A stretch of DNA of 64,000 nucleotides, from IMG/VR virus record IMGVR_UViG_3300042349_000626; one strand, 5' to 3'. Under the pieces are notes generated by a model, which was given only the letters and a program-made list of their open reading frames with translations, had not been told where the DNA came from and made no database searches. The DNA is from a virus. Its lineage: Duplodnaviria > Heunggongvirae > Uroviricota > Caudoviricetes. The position numbers were made by a program, and so were the translations under genes. Below are positions 63,771 to 64,000 of the stretch, piece after piece (within the stretch, counting starts at the first letter, position 1; each line of letters opens with the position of its first letter).

Positions 63771-63796
63771 GAGGCTCTATACTGAACAAGTCAACC
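63755..63796 (+). promoter_or_regulatory. TTGCCA(63755)-17-TATACT(63778) plus leader copy 4 (CTATACTGAACAAGTCAACC)
   Basis: Seen directly; the -35 lies inside the end of the upstream ORF. Confidence 0.5.
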
Positions 63797-63811
63797 ACAG
63801 ACACCCGACCG

Positions 63812-63985
63812 ATGTTCATCACCAACGAAGCTGCCCGTAACGACCTCGCCTGCCAGATGGCGATGGCATCCTACATGAAGCAGCTCCAGGCAGAGGAGCA
63901 ACGCCGCCAGGAGATCCGCCAGGGTCTCCGCCCCGCCCCCACCTGGAGCGAGGGTGGCACCTGGAACATCTCCGACCGCCACTGA
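63812..63985 (+). CDS. hypothetical protein (57 aa)
   Basis: ORF 29 nt after the -10. Confidence 0.4.
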   Translation: MFITNEAARNDLACQMAMASYMKQLQAEEQRRQEIRQGLRPAPTWSEGGTWNISDRH

Positions 63986-64000
63986 TCCACACGGGGGCAC

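Noticed and set aside
1-64000. Integrase, transposase, attachment sites or a prophage junction explaining the GC shift
   Set aside because: No tyrosine/serine recombinase or transposase motifs are present. The phage-specific boundary elements continue across the GC-rich block, so it is part of the same replicon.

Overview
This 64 kb window looks like a segment of a large, AT-rich, tailed dsDNA phage, and every gene I can support is on the + strand; the minus-strand ORFs in the supplied track are poly-Pro/low-complexity shadows of + strand genes. The order is: (i) the 3' end of a structural module, with a 5'-partial large repeat protein, a 3504-aa giant protein, three tail-collar-domain fibre proteins including an 1822-aa one, and a cassette of three paralogous Gly-rich proteins; (ii) a cluster of 6 canonical tRNAs and 2 aberrant tRNA-like RNAs that also carries a CpcT/CpeT-family bilin-lyase gene and an HNH homing endonuclease; (iii) a dense, mostly ATGA/TAATG-coupled early-type region with an SF2 helicase-HNH-Dam operon, a T4-like RNA-repair set (Rnl1, a frame-split Pnk, a second RNA ligase), a thioredoxin-like protein, an SPFH/band-7 protein, a second HNH homing endonuclease, and many small ORFs of unknown function. 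I also find a family of at least 12 composite gene-boundary elements (stop codon, TGGCACA, GC hairpin, sigma70-like -35/-10) and three T4-type TATAAATA late-promoter motifs. Composition is mosaic: structural genes are about 35% GC, the early region is about 45-50%, and the last roughly 3.7 kb is clearly GC-rich with AT-rich islands. The cpeT homolog, the phage tRNAs for A/U-ending codons and the TATAAATA motifs point to a T4-like cyanomyovirus of a GC-rich host, but that is inference. Everything here is read by eye from the sequence: no searches were run, coordinates of RNA genes and motifs are hand-counted, and protein family calls rest on remembered motifs only.
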